Below, piece after piece: positions 49,851 through 61,184 of a DNA stretch of 64,000 nucleotides. Numbering within the stretch: the stretch's first letter is position 1; the number at the start of each line of letters is the position of its first letter. The DNA lies in the NCBI GenBank assembly GCA_011605725.1, contig JAAOZP010000014.1, forward strand, positions 1 through 64,000, in the 5' to 3' direction. Both the position numbers and the translations under genes were made by a program. The stretch is from Nitrososphaerota archaeon (GTDB lineage: Archaea > Thermoproteota > EX4484-205 > JAAOZP01). The notes below the pieces were generated by a model that was not told the DNA's origin, searched no databases, and worked only from the letters and a program-made list of their open reading frames with translations.

Positions 49851-50726
49851 ATGGGCTTGTATACTCGCTCCGGAAAACCTCTTGTAAGCAGGGTTGCCTG
49901 CGACGGGAACCTGAAGAAATCTGTTGAACAAGCTGTCTCCCTCATCGGGGGGTTTGACAAGCTTGTTGAGAAAGATGACACAGTCCTTCTGAAGCCTAAT
50001 TATAATACTGCCGACCAGTTCCCAGGCTCGAGCGACCCTGAGTTCATAAAGTGCATTATTGAACTGCTTTACGAGGCGGGAGCGGCGAGAGTCATTCTGG
50101 GGGAGCGGACGGCTTTTCTCCACAGCTGGAAGGTTTTGAAGCAAGCAGGCATCGTCAGGATTGCTGAAGAAGCAGGGGCCGAGGTTAAAGTATTCGGGAA
50201 AGACGGTTGGCGAACAGTATTCGACACGGCCGGATGGCGGCGTGTCGAGGTTAAGGGAGGGCGATACCTGCGAAAAGTCTCACTTGCTAGGGAAGTGCTG
50301 GAGGCAGAGAAGGTGGTTTACGCTCCACTTATTAAAACGCATCACGCTGCAGACTTCACAGGGTCGATCAAGCTTGCAATGGGCTTCGTCAAACCGTTTT
50401 TCGACCAAATCACGTTCCACATGAGGCACCTCCGGGAGAAGCTTGCGGAACTAAGCTTGGTGGTGAAGCCCGGCTTGATCATCATGGATGCGAGAAGAGT
50501 TTTCATAACTGGGGGGCCTGCTAGAGGCACGTTGCGCGAGCCAAACCTGATACTTGCTTCAGGCAATCAAGTGGCAATAGACGTGGAGGGCGTGAAGATA
50601 CTGCAAAGCTACCCTGGAAACAGTCTGGAGGGCAGAAACGTGTGGAGTCTAGAACAGATTAAGCATTCGGTGGAGCTTGGGCTTGGCCCACGTAGCGAGG
50701 AGGAATATGAGCTAGTAACTTCTTAA
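49851..50726 (+). CDS. DUF362 family protein
   Basis: VLLKPN, KTH, IMDA, VAID. Confidence 0.8.
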   Translation: MGLYTRSGKPLVSRVACDGNLKKSVEQAVSLIGGFDKLVEKDDTVLLKPNYNTADQFPGSSDPEFIKCIIELLYEAGAARVILGERTAFLHSWKVLKQAGIVRIAEEAGAEVKVFGKDGWRTVFDTAGWRRVEVKGGRYLRKVSLAREVLEAEKVVYAPLIKTHHAADFTGSIKLAMGFVKPFFDQITFHMRHLREKLAELSLVVKPGLIIMDARRVFITGGPARGTLREPNLILASGNQVAIDVEGVKILQSYPGNSLEGRNVWSLEQIKHSVELGLGPRSEEEYELVTS

Positions 50727-50802
50727 GGCTTAACGTTTCAAGTGTCGCTTGCTATTTGTATTCTCTGAATTCCGGAAGCCTTATATTTCATTACTATTCC
50801 AA

Positions 50803-51290
50803 ATGTTGCTTATTGTCGATAGAAATCTGCGAGTATGGGGCTCAGGACGTTGATGACTCGTTAAAGCAATTATGGTTAAGCTTGACCCTGTGAAATGTTT
50901 AATGTTGAGCGTTTCATACTGCCTTCGGAAGAGAATGCTGACAAATGGATTCGTTTTACCCGTGGCAGCTTAGCAAGTGGGAAAAGCTTCCTTTTAGTGG
51001 CGAAGACCAGCAATAAACCCGTAGGGTTTGCGAAGGGCTCTGTCCCAGAGTATCTTCTCGAGGTTTCAGAACACTTCAGCACTACAGATGATTATACGTG
51101 TTGCCGGAGTTCCGTGGAAGAGGCGTGGGCAGGAAGCTGGTTGTTGAAAGCTTGAAAACTCTGAAGGCTAGGGGGCGTGAAAGCAGTTAGGCTTAACGTT
51201 TTGAAAGAGAACAAGGCAGCGGTTAAGCTTTACAGGAGGCTTGGTTTCAAAACCCGTAATTATGGTATGGAGAAAACCTTTAGAAAATAG
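50803..51290 (+). pseudogene. GNAT acetyltransferase, frameshifted
   Basis: Pieces in different frames: YVLPEFRGRGVG and LNVLKENKAAVKLYRRLGF. Confidence 0.75.
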
Positions 51291-51325
51291 CTCGCGATCT
51301 TGCAGATTATTTAAACCGGCTGAAC

Positions 51326-52036
<711 letters not shown>

Positions 52037-52067
52037 CTACTGTTTAAAAACTTAACCCTTTGAAAAA

Positions 52068-53846
52068 CTAGTAGTAATACTTCCCCTGAGCCCTTTGAAG
52101 CCTGTCTGTCTTAGAGTCTTTCTTATTTATCCTGGGACGAAAGTTTTCAGGCTCCCTTCTGAGGGTCACATCCAGATATTTGAGGAGACTGTTCATGCCT
52201 TCGGCGACATTCAATGGTTTAGAGGCGTATCCTTGGACGCCTGGTTCACCATGTATGAAGATTAGCCTGTCTGAAAGAAAATCCAAGGCAGCAATATCGT
52301 GTTCAACAACGAATGCTGAAGCCTTCTTAGTCATGACAGTATGGCGTATCGCACGTATAACGACAAGCCTCTGCTCAACATCCAAGTATGCGCACGGTTC
52401 ATCTAAGAAGTATATTGGAGAATCCTTTAAAAGGGCTATTGCGATCGCGAGTGCTTGAAGCTCGCCGCCGCTAAGGGTTTCAGCAAGCCTATCGTAAAGC
52501 CTATCAAGTTTAAGAGGCTTTATCAACTCGCTTTCAAGAACCTCAGGCACCTCTCCGCCGTAAGCCTCTTTCAAAAGGTCGCTTACAACCCCGTTAAACA
52601 GGCCTGAAACATACTGCGGCTTATAGCCTATCTTCCTAGCTAGGTCTCTGTCGGAAAGGGATTCGCCACCAGAGAAATACTTTAAAAGTTCTTTCAGCAT
52701 TGTTGTCTTACCTATCCCGTTTGGACCAGCTATGCCTATGACTTCCCCAACACCTATGAAGCCCTTCTCAGCCTTAAGGTTAAAACCTCCTAGTGAAACC
52801 TCTATAGACGGCCATTCAAACATTTTCAATGCTGGAGGCTCCTCCCCCGGGCTGTGAGCATGAAACATTATCTTCTCCTTTCTGAAGCGAATATTCTCCT
52901 GCCTTATGTATCCTTCTAAGTAAGAGTTTATTCCGACGCGCACGGAGAGGACTTGAGACACAATGCCGTAAACCGAGGGTTGCCCGTAGATTATGACAAG
53001 GTAATCGGCGAGATAGTCAAGCAGCGTGAGATCATGCTCCACAACAACAACTATCTTACCATCCTCCTTCAGAGAGCTTATTAGCTCAGCCACGTTGAGA
53101 CGCTGTTTCACGTCGAGAAAGCTTGAAGGCTCGTCGAACAAGTATACGTCACCCATTCTCATGAAGGCCGCTGCAACAGCCAGCCTCTGCAGTTCTCCGC
53201 CACTTAGGTTGCTAACCTTGTTGTCTAAAACGTTTTTCAAATCCAGTTTCTCCAAAACCTCGCTTAAAACTCCCTTCTCATCAACTTTTTCAAGCGTTTC
53301 CCTAACGCTTTTACCGCCGATAATCCTAGGAATATCGTCTAAGTATTGCGGCTTATAGATACACTTGACTCTCCCTTTGAAAATATCTTCAACCAGGTTG
53401 AATGAAGCATTACCCCTTAGGAACGATAGGATTTCATTCACACCCACCTCTTCACCAACCCTGCCCAGATTCGGTTTAACAAGACCGCTGATTATCTTAA
53501 GCACTGTCGACTTGCCTATGCCGTTTTCACCAAGAATACCTGTGACAGCACCCTTGGAGAGAACTGGAAAACCATAGAGCTTGAAAGCGTTAACACCATA
53601 CCTGTGGAAAACCTTCTTCTCAAGCTCGTCTGGAAGGTTTACGACCCATATGGCGTTGAAAGGACATTTCTTAACGCATATGCAGCACCCGCTGCACAAG
53701 TACTCGTTTATTACTGGAGGACTCTCGTCCTCAGCGAAGTATATTGCTTCCTGCCCTATCCTAACTATCGGGCAGTATTTCCTGCAGGGTTTTCCACACT
53801 TCGTGGGTTTGCAGGAGCCCCTGTCTACTACGGCTACTCTAACCAA
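52068..53846 (-). CDS. ABCE1/Rli1 ribosome recycling ATPase
   Basis: N-terminal Fe-S cysteines, two ABC domains, RPRINK. Confidence 0.95.
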   Translation of the reverse strand: MVRVAVVDRGSCKPTKCGKPCRKYCPIVRIGQEAIYFAEDESPPVINEYLCSGCCICVKKCPFNAIWVVNLPDELEKKVFHRYGVNAFKLYGFPVLSKGAVTGILGENGIGKSTVLKIISGLVKPNLGRVGEEVGVNEILSFLRGNASFNLVEDIFKGRVKCIYKPQYLDDIPRIIGGKSVRETLEKVDEKGVLSEVLEKLDLKNVLDNKVSNLSGGELQRLAVAAAFMRMGDVYLFDEPSSFLDVKQRLNVAELISSLKEDGKIVVVVEHDLTLLDYLADYLVIIYGQPSVYGIVSQVLSVRVGINSYLEGYIRQENIRFRKEKIMFHAHSPGEEPPALKMFEWPSIEVSLGGFNLKAEKGFIGVGEVIGIAGPNGIGKTTMLKELLKYFSGGESLSDRDLARKIGYKPQYVSGLFNGVVSDLLKEAYGGEVPEVLESELIKPLKLDRLYDRLAETLSGGELQALAIAIALLKDSPIYFLDEPCAYLDVEQRLVVIRAIRHTVMTKKASAFVVEHDIAALDFLSDRLIFIHGEPGVQGYASKPLNVAEGMNSLLKYLDVTLRREPENFRPRINKKDSKTDRLQRAQGKYYY

Positions 53847-53902
53847 TCCGTATCAACCCTGTAAAACTTTTAAAAACTATGTGAGAAAAAGCCTTGACTC
53901 GT

Positions 53903-54010
53903 CTACCATTCTTCCTCTAGTTCTTCCTCTTCCCAGTCTTCCTCCCAGTCTTCCTCCTCTTCCTCCCATTCTTCCTCTTCTTCTTCCTCCTCGTTAAAAT
54001 CCTCGCTCAT
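53903..54010 (-). CDS. 35-aa acidic Glu/Trp microprotein
   Basis: Hand translation MSEDFNEEEEEEEEWEEEEEDWEEDWEEEELEEEW*; TTTTTATA ~30 nt upstream. Confidence 0.7.
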   Translation of the reverse strand: MSEDFNEEEEEEEEWEEEEEDWEEDWEEEELEEEW

Positions 54011-54086
54011 TTTGGGTCGGATGAAGCTTTGAAAAGCAGTATAAAAACATATCCCCTGTTTAAAACCATAAGTATGCTCCCTAAAA

Positions 54087-54869
54087 CTATATTTCTTCTG
54101 CAGTCAGTGTTACTGTCGTCCTTTCCTCAATCCTTTCTATAACTCCGTCTCTAAGCCATGCTAGTCTATCAGACACGTCCACCATTTTAAGGTCGTGAGT
54201 AGCACATATCACCGTAGTGTCCCTTTCGACTTTAAGCCTGTAGAGCAGCTGAACTATTGAAAGCCCTGTTGAAAGGTCAAGGTTGCCCGTAGGCTCGTCT
54301 GCAAGAATTATAGAGGGATTGTTAGCTAACGCTCTCGCGATCGCAACCCTTTGCTGCTGTCCTCCGGAAAGCTCCTGCGGCCTGTGGTTGAGCCTATCCC
54401 CCAGGCCGACTAGGCTCAGAAGCTCAGCAGCCTTCTTACGCCTCTCCTCCTTGCTTATTCCGAGGAAGACCATTGGTAGTGCAACATTGTCTTGGGCTGA
54501 GAGAACCGGTATAAGGTTGAACGTTTGAAATATGTAGCCTATCTTCCTGCTCCTGACCCATGCGAGCTGCCGGTCGTTCATCTGCGCCAAGTTTATGCCG
54601 TCTATGGAGACGCTTCCGCTCGTAGGCTTGTCTAATCCGCCGATCATGTTGAACAGCGTTGTCTTGCCGCTTCCAGAGGGACCCATCACAACCACGTATT
54701 CTCCTCTCTTCACCTGTAGGTCGATTCCTTTTAAGGCCTTCACAACACCGCTTCTCAGGACATAGTTTTTAGTGACCTCTCTAACATCCACTACTATTTC
54801 CGGTGCCTGCAAGGCTGCTTCCTCTCTATGTAAAACTAGTATTTTAATCTTGCGAGCTTCCGGGTTCAA
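54087..54869 (-). CDS. ABC transporter ATP-binding protein (LolD/MacB type)
   Basis: [25 protein letters not shown]. Confidence 0.9.
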   Translation of the reverse strand: MNPEARKIKILVLHREEAALQAPEIVVDVREVTKNYVLRSGVVKALKGIDLQVKRGEYVVVMGPSGSGKTTLFNMIGGLDKPTSGSVSIDGINLAQMNDRQLAWVRSRKIGYIFQTFNLIPVLSAQDNVALPMVFLGISKEERRKKAAELLSLVGLGDRLNHRPQELSGGQQQRVAIARALANNPSIILADEPTGNLDLSTGLSIVQLLYRLKVERDTTVICATHDLKMVDVSDRLAWLRDGVIERIEERTTVTLTAEEI

Positions 54870-54934
54870 CAGTTCATCCTCAGGAAATCGCCTTAAAACG
54901 TTTAGAAAAACCAGATAATAGGTCGAACCCGGTT

Positions 54935-55477
54935 TTAAACATACAGTAATGCTATTCTCTCCTTCACGAGCTCAAGCACGTCGGAATACTTTAAGGCTTC
55001 AACTTTAAAATCCTTGGAAAGCAGGCTTCTCCAGAAAGATGTAAACACCTGTTCATCATCCTTGAAAGGTTCAACAGTCAATCCTCTTTTCGAAAACTCC
55101 TCTTTCAAAGCAGCCACCGCCTCCTTTAAAACTGCAGCATCCTCTGAAATCACCAGTATGGCTGCCCGCTTTGAAACCGGGGCTCCGAGCGTGGACAACG
55201 CTTCTTGAAAGCTTCTCTTTCCGTAAAGCGCCACTAGAAGCTCCTGTTCAAAGCCCCTAAGCACGTTGTACCCGTGTTTAAAGGCCTGGTGAACATTGTA
55301 GGCTAGGAAAGGTATTAGCTCGCTCACTAGGCAAGCCGGGTTGAAAAACTGGATGAAAACCCTCCTGTTCTTCTTCAACTGTGTAGCTATGCTGACCCAT
55401 TCTTCCGGAAGTCTGTCAACCGATAGAAGCGTGAAGAACAGGCCTAGCGAGTCTATGCTTCGAACAGGTTCCAACAT
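54935..55477 (-). CDS. KEOPS subunit Cgi121-like
   Basis: IQFFN..AF..G.N..E.ELL..G.R..EAL..G pattern. Confidence 0.6.
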   Translation of the reverse strand: MLEPVRSIDSLGLFFTLLSVDRLPEEWVSIATQLKKNRRVFIQFFNPACLVSELIPFLAYNVHQAFKHGYNVLRGFEQELLVALYGKRSFQEALSTLGAPVSKRAAILVISEDAAVLKEAVAALKEEFSKRGLTVEPFKDDEQVFTSFWRSLLSKDFKVEALKYSDVLELVKERIALLYV

Positions 55478-55515
55478 GGTATTTAGCCAGGAAACTGGAT
55501 AAAAACATTTATTTT

Positions 55516-56133
55516 ATGGTGTTGAACGTTAAAGCTGGAATGGAGTTCGAAGTAATAAGCTGGGAGCATTTCTACCAGCTTACTCTGGAGCTTGTTGAGA
55601 AAGTTTTGAAATCCGGGTATATGCCGGATGTGATAATCGGGGTCTCAAGAGGCGGCTTAGTCCCGCTCAGGATTTTTTCAGACGAGTTTGAGAAAACGGA
55701 AATAGGCATAATAAGAGTTGCCTTCTACGAGGACGTTAAGAAAACAGGCCGTGAGCCGAGAATTCTGCAGGATGTTAATGTTGAAGTTTACGGGAAGAGA
55801 GTGCTGGTTGTCGACGATGTTGCAGATACTGGTAGAAGCCTAGAGATAGTTCGCAAGCATCTTGAAGGCAAGGGTGCGCGGGAGGTTAGGGTTGCAACCG
55901 TCTACTATAAGCCTTGGAGCTCTTTTAAGCCGGATTACTATGTTAAGAAAACCGAGAAATGGATTATTTTTCCTCATGAGATTGGAGAAACCGTGAGAAG
56001 CCTTGCTCAGAAGAACCTTAAAGAGGGCGGTAAGACCCTGGAGGAGTTCAGAGACATGCTGATAGACATTGGGCTGCCGCCGATGATCGTCGACAGCTAC
56101 TTGAAAAGACTGAACCGTCTTAAACATGATTGA
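55516..56133 (+). CDS. Purine phosphoribosyltransferase
   Basis: SRGG, VLVVDDVADTG, PDYY, WIIFP. Confidence 0.9.
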   Translation: MVLNVKAGMEFEVISWEHFYQLTLELVEKVLKSGYMPDVIIGVSRGGLVPLRIFSDEFEKTEIGIIRVAFYEDVKKTGREPRILQDVNVEVYGKRVLVVDDVADTGRSLEIVRKHLEGKGAREVRVATVYYKPWSSFKPDYYVKKTEKWIIFPHEIGETVRSLAQKNLKEGGKTLEEFRDMLIDIGLPPMIVDSYLKRLNRLKHD

Positions 56134-56258
56134 AACCTCAGTGAGGTGCATGATCTTCATAGAGGATTTTCTCTCAGAGCAGGTCAGTTCACATCATTCG
56201 ACTTATTTTGATGTTTAAGAACTATTTAAACCTGAAATCCCGTTGACACTTAGCGCAA

Positions 56259-56705
56259 CTAGTTCTTGCTCAGAATCTGTTCGAGGATTGTGGAGGAAAG
56301 ATTGTAAAGGAAATCACTTATCTCCACAGCCTCATCCTCTGAAAGCTGTATTTTTTCGACTTTTTCAAGAGCCTTATCATACAGGCTTCTAAGCCTATAC
56401 TCAATAGGGTTTGAAGCCTCCTCGTTTACATTAGTGTTTTCATACTTGCTCATAGGTGGGAAAAGCATTGTCACAAGCATTCTGCTGGAAAGAATCGACA
56501 TTCTCGCATATATGAGTTTCAAAGGCGGGGAGGCCTTCTTAGACTCCTTAAGATAGGCTTCGGCTTCTCTCAGGGCTCTCTTTAACCAGCCGTAGTCGAA
56601 ATCAGACAGGAAGATTGGGAAATCACTCTTCTCCAACCTCAACAACTTCCTCCTGCTGCCGTTTTCCAGCTTCCGAGGATTTAACCGACGTAATATATCC
56701 GGCAA
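56259..56705 (-). CDS. Hypothetical protein (start probably near 56623)
   Basis: Helical ORF downstream of rps17e. Confidence 0.5.
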   Translation of the reverse strand: MPDILRRLNPRKLENGSRRKLLRLEKSDFPIFLSDFDYGWLKRALREAEAYLKESKKASPPLKLIYARMSILSSRMLVTMLFPPMSKYENTNVNEEASNPIEYRLRSLYDKALEKVEKIQLSEDEAVEISDFLYNLSSTILEQILSKN

Positions 56706-56853
56706 CCCTGTTCAGAAGCTTCTTAGACTGGAAAACCGCGACCTTCTTCAAAGCCTGCTTATTCGCATAATAATCGTTACTAAAGAGGTCACCATATTTA
56801 AGCAGCAGCATTCTCGCAACCCCCTTAACCCGGCTGTCGTAGATCTTTCCCAA
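56623..56853 (-). CDS. rps17e: 30S ribosomal protein S17e
   Basis: MGKI, NK, SKKL.NRVAGYIT. Confidence 0.9.
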   Translation of the reverse strand: MGKIYDSRVKGVARMLLLKYGDLFSNDYYANKQALKKVAVFQSKKLLNRVAGYITSVKSSEAGKRQQEEVVEVGEE

Positions 56854-56951
56854 ACTCGGGCCAAGAAAAGAACCTTAGCCTAATAAATCTTGTCTCCGGG
56901 AAAAGCTTTTAAAAAGTCTTTTGAAAGAGGGAGTATCGAGGTGATACGAAA

Positions 56952-58550
56952 ATGGCATATGAACAGACTAGACCAGCAATAGTGCTTAAGGAAACAACCG
57001 TGAGAAGAAGCAAGGAAGAGGCTTATGAGAACAATATTGTAGCCTCACTTGTAATAGGCGAGGTCGTTAGAACCGCGTATGGTCCAAGAGGCTTAAACAA
57101 ACTCTTAGTAGGCACAGTCGGGGATATCACTGTGACCAAGACTGGAGTAACTATTCTCAGCGAAGCGAGTATTGAGCATCCTGTCGGCAAGATAATAATA
57201 GACGCGGCTAAGGCTCTTGAAAAGGAGATTGGGGACGGGACGACTTCACTCATACTTTTAACCTGCGACCTGGTTAGAAACGCATACAGCTTGTATAAGC
57301 AGGGAATAAGCCCGATTTCAATAGTCAGAGGGTATAATAAGGCTTTGTCCGAGGTTCTTGAAAAGCTTGAGAAAGATGCTAAACCAGTTGATCTTTCAGA
57401 CAGGGAGATGCTTAAGAGGATTGCTGAAACAGCGATCACCTTCTTTTCATCTCCGGAGGAGAGGAGACGTCTTGCCGAAATAGTCTTGGAAACTGCTGAA
57501 AGAATTGTTGAGAAAAGAGATGGCGGATATTACGCGGACATAGACTGGGTGAGCATAGTTAGGAAGCGTGGGCGCGAGATTTTAGACTCTAGACTCATAA
57601 ACGGCGTTATAGTTGATAAGGAAGTCGTCCATCCGAACATGAGTAAAACGGTTAAAAATGCTAAGATTGCTCTGGTAGACTACGCTCTAGAGGTTAAGAA
57701 GACTGAAATATCGACTGAAATAGAGGTTAAGACCACTGAAGAACTCCGAGGATTCATCAGGGAAGAAGAGGAGATTATAAGGGAAAAAGTTGACAGGATA
57801 GTTAAGTCTGGAGCAAACGTTGTTTTCTGCCAGAAGGGTATAGATGAGCTGGCTCAGCAATACCTGTATAAGAACGGCATCACAGCGGTGAGACGGGTTA
57901 AAAGATCCGATATGGAGAGGCTTGAGCGAGCAACCTACGGTAAGATTGTTTCAGACCCTGAGGATATTTCTGAAGACAAGCTTGGCAGGGCAGACATTGT
58001 TAAGGAGGAGGTTTTCGAAAACGAGAAAATAGTCTTCGTGGAAGGCTGCCGAGAGCCCAAGGCTGTGTCAATACTTTTGAGAAGCGTGAACGAGGATCTT
58101 TTAAAAGAGTATGAGAGAGAGTTTAAACACGCGCTCTCAGCAGTTCTCAGCCTATACAAGGATTCAAGATGCGTCGTCGGCGGAGGTGCGGAGCTACTTG
58201 AGATAGGGCGTGCGTTGAGAAGAAGCGCGGAGAACCAGTCTGAAGAGGATAAACTGATATACGAGGCTTTCGCCGACAGCGTGGAATCGCTTGTAAGAAC
58301 CCTCGCTGCTAACGTCGGCATGAAGCCCTTGACAACAATGTCGCTGCTTAGCAGTAAGCATTCTAAAGATGGTGCAGGATACGGGATAGACGCTATAAGC
58401 AGGGAGGTGGCGGACCTGAATGGAAAAGTGGTTGACCCGTATCTCGTAGTTAAAAACTGGATGGTTTCAGCTGTGGAGCTGGCTACGACGATAATAGGTG
58501 TCGACGAAGTAATATTGACAGTGAAACCCAAGACGGAGGAGAAAAGCTAA
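56952..58550 (+). CDS. Divergent group II chaperonin (thermosome) subunit
   Basis: GPRG, GDGTTS, DKEVVH, FCQKGID, GGGA. Confidence 0.9.
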   Translation: MAYEQTRPAIVLKETTVRRSKEEAYENNIVASLVIGEVVRTAYGPRGLNKLLVGTVGDITVTKTGVTILSEASIEHPVGKIIIDAAKALEKEIGDGTTSLILLTCDLVRNAYSLYKQGISPISIVRGYNKALSEVLEKLEKDAKPVDLSDREMLKRIAETAITFFSSPEERRRLAEIVLETAERIVEKRDGGYYADIDWVSIVRKRGREILDSRLINGVIVDKEVVHPNMSKTVKNAKIALVDYALEVKKTEISTEIEVKTTEELRGFIREEEEIIREKVDRIVKSGANVVFCQKGIDELAQQYLYKNGITAVRRVKRSDMERLERATYGKIVSDPEDISEDKLGRADIVKEEVFENEKIVFVEGCREPKAVSILLRSVNEDLLKEYEREFKHALSAVLSLYKDSRCVVGGGAELLEIGRALRRSAENQSEEDKLIYEAFADSVESLVRTLAANVGMKPLTTMSLLSSKHSKDGAGYGIDAISREVADLNGKVVDPYLVVKNWMVSAVELATTIIGVDEVILTVKPKTEEKS

Positions 58551-58625
58551 GTCTCTAAGCACGCTTCTTTTTCAACGCTTCATAAGATTCAGCCCAGTTT
58601 GAAACATTCTGCCATACTCTTTTTT

Positions 58626-59777
58626 TCAACGTTTCCTCCTTATCCATGGAATGAGAAGCGTTGCGGAAGCTATTGACAGGGTTGAAGAGAGCGCGAACAT
58701 GGCCTGTAAACCTTGATAATCCGAAACCATTCCGCCCAAGTAGGGGCCGAAGGACATCCCCATTTGAAGCGAAAGATTGTAAAAGCCAGCGTAAAGCCCT
58801 GTTCTCCTACTTCCCCCAAGGCTTGAACTGATTGACATTCCTGAAACGGTGAACAACGCATAGAGTATGCCTCGAACACTCTGAATAATCAGGTAGCTGT
58901 AAAGATTCTTAACGGTCCCATAGATCCAGTAAACCATGCCTAAGCCTGCTTCACCTAAGATTAGGACTGTGATTCCTCCAACCCGGTCGGAGAGCCATCC
59001 GCCAAAATACATGGCGGGAACCTCGAGGAGGGCGCCTAACGCGATTACTACACCTATGAAAAAGGGATCGCTGCCCAGCTGAGATAGTGAAATGGTTAGG
59101 AACGAGGATGTTGCTCCCATACTTATTCCCGACGTTAAAATGCTTGCCGTGAAGCAGACAGCAAGTTTAACAGACGAGTTTCTTTTCTCCAGAATATTCT
59201 CGTGTAGGCTCCTCCTATCGCTCTCAACCATGGGCAGGAACAGGCTTGCTAGGAAAGACATGATGGTGAACACTAGTGCGACTGGAAAAATGTTCCACAA
59301 GTGGTCTCTGGCAAATAAACCCGTAAGAATGCAGGCGGCTGCCCAGCCCATGGATCCAAAAAGTCTGTATCTTCCCATTGAAACACCGAGCCGACTGTTC
59401 CCAGAAAGATCGGCAACCATTGATTGAGCGAGCGGCATGAACCCGGCTATGAACAAGCTTGCGACAAAATACCATACTGACATGCTGACAACGTCAGTCG
59501 ACAGCAGTAGAATCAGACACGCTAAACTCCTAACGAGAAGAGACGTTGAGATAATGGCTTTCCTGTTACGATACTTATCGGCAATAGCGCCGAAGACTGG
59601 TTGAAGTAGAGAGGAAAGAAGACTGGTTATAGTCATGAGCAGGCCAATGGAGGCATAGGATAATCCTTGAGATCTTAAGTAGACGCCGAACAAAAGAGTG
59701 AAGGGTGCGAATGAAGCCCATACGAGCCCGCCAGTTACGGATATCGTTAACAATGCGCGGTCCGATTCCGGTTTCAA
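58626..59777 (-). CDS. MFS transporter
   Basis: ~12 TM; G.IADKY and GWLSDRVG motifs. Confidence 0.85.
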   Translation of the reverse strand: MKPESDRALLTISVTGGLVWASFAPFTLLFGVYLRSQGLSYASIGLLMTITSLLSSLLQPVFGAIADKYRNRKAIISTSLLVRSLACLILLLSTDVVSMSVWYFVASLFIAGFMPLAQSMVADLSGNSRLGVSMGRYRLFGSMGWAAACILTGLFARDHLWNIFPVALVFTIMSFLASLFLPMVESDRRSLHENILEKRNSSVKLAVCFTASILTSGISMGATSSFLTISLSQLGSDPFFIGVVIALGALLEVPAMYFGGWLSDRVGGITVLILGEAGLGMVYWIYGTVKNLYSYLIIQSVRGILYALFTVSGMSISSSLGGSRRTGLYAGFYNLSLQMGMSFGPYLGGMVSDYQGLQAMFALSSTLSIASATLLIPWIRRKR

Positions 59778-59906
59778 CGTTTCGCATCCTTATTTCCAAA
59801 TGTATTTGAGCTTTACTAATCCGCCATGTATAAAAATGTGTGCAAACATGTTAGTGCAGGCTGCCCAGCATATTTGCTTAAATTCTTGAAGCGTAAAAAA
59901 TATATT

Positions 59907-60700
59907 GTGAGAAGGGGCAAATGCGGGTTTAATTGCGAGAATAGCAAGAGTGAAGTTCTCCAAGTTTATACCTGAAATCGATGTCACTGATCAAAGGTCT
60001 TGGGTTTGGAGGGATGGTTTTCAAGTATCTGAGGTTTTTATGCCCCTATGGCAGTTGCTTACAAATGGAAACATTCTGGTTCAGGCTTCTAGCAAGGGTC
60101 TTCACGACTACCTTGATTTTGATGGAAGGATACTGCTTTCCACAGTTATGCCTGACGAGCTTATTGACAGGCTTGAAACCAAGAATTACTTCAGGCTGAT
60201 CAACGACTTGAAGCCGGATGCCACGATGATTCCTGACAACTACACCTATACCGATGTCCCACTCTATCAGTCCTGGTCCCAAACCATACGCCTCGTCTCG
60301 TTCGCGAACGATTTCCTTAAGCTTGACACTCCTTTGATAGGCCTGGTTAAAGGTGCTAACCTGCGTCAGATGGATTGGACCATAAGGAAGCAGGTTGAAA
60401 TGAACTATGCTTCCTTCGCAATACCAGCTAGAGAATTGTTCGAGGAGGAGAGGCTTGACGAATTCTTACCATATATCCTGTCGACTTTAAAGAGAAACTT
60501 GAGTAAGAACGGTTTCGAGTTTCTTCTCTACGGCGTTGATGCGAGACTCTAGGAGTATAAGGATATAAGCTATAGTAATCTTTCCTGGTTCCTGAGGGCG
60601 AAGCACGGGGAATACTACTGGGATGAGTTGTTCTACGACCTCAGAGACCCCATGATAAGGTTCGAGGAGTGTTATTGTGAAGCATGTGAGGGTATGATGC
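59907..60700 (+). pseudogene. Decayed paralog of the TGT-like gene at 1-1032
   Basis: Out-of-frame stub VRRGKCGFNC; in-frame TAG at 60550; homology through ECYCEAC ends at GCGCGCGCTA (60699). Confidence 0.8.
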
Positions 60701-60751
60701 GCGCGCTAAGTTCCCCGAGAACACCTACATGCAAATGGGAAAAGAGCGTAT

Positions 60752-61045
60752 GTGAAAGGTTTCTTTTCTGGGGATGGAAGTGCCTATCTGATTCATGGAG
60801 AAAGACTCTTCATACGATTTCGCTCAAAATGTGAAGAAGGGCTGGAGGGTTTACGTCAAATCCTTATGGACTTGGGTTTTCATCCTGGAAAAATTGGAAA
60901 AGATGTAGAGTCTGATACTATAACTTATCGGTTCACTATTCCAAGCAGAGAGCATGAAAGGTTTATAGATGAAATAGGAAGTTTTAAGCCTGAGCATATA
61001 AGAGTATTTGAGGAGTATAGAAGATTAAAGGGTGAGAAGGGGTGA
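60752..61045 (+). pseudogene. LAGLIDADG-like endonuclease domain fragment
   Basis: KGFFSGDGS..L..LGF..Y.F.I..RFIDEIG. Confidence 0.65.
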
Positions 61046-61184
61046 AAGGGGCTAGGGTCTGGGGATGGGGTGATGACCTAGAATTAGCTGGGGAGAATGC
61101 TCAGATGATATAAACAAACGCTGGAAAAGTACGACGGAAGAATGTTCCATTGCGATAGATGGTAGAAACCGTAGCAAAGATATA

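Noticed and set aside
53581-53997. Plus-strand ORF with Pro/Leu repeats
   Set aside because: Antisense shadow of ABCE1 and the acidic microprotein.
60550-60552. In-frame TAG as pyrrolysine or readthrough recoding
   Set aside because: The same gene also has an N-terminal deletion with frameshift and a 3' truncation, and many core genes here end in TAG; pseudogenisation is simpler.
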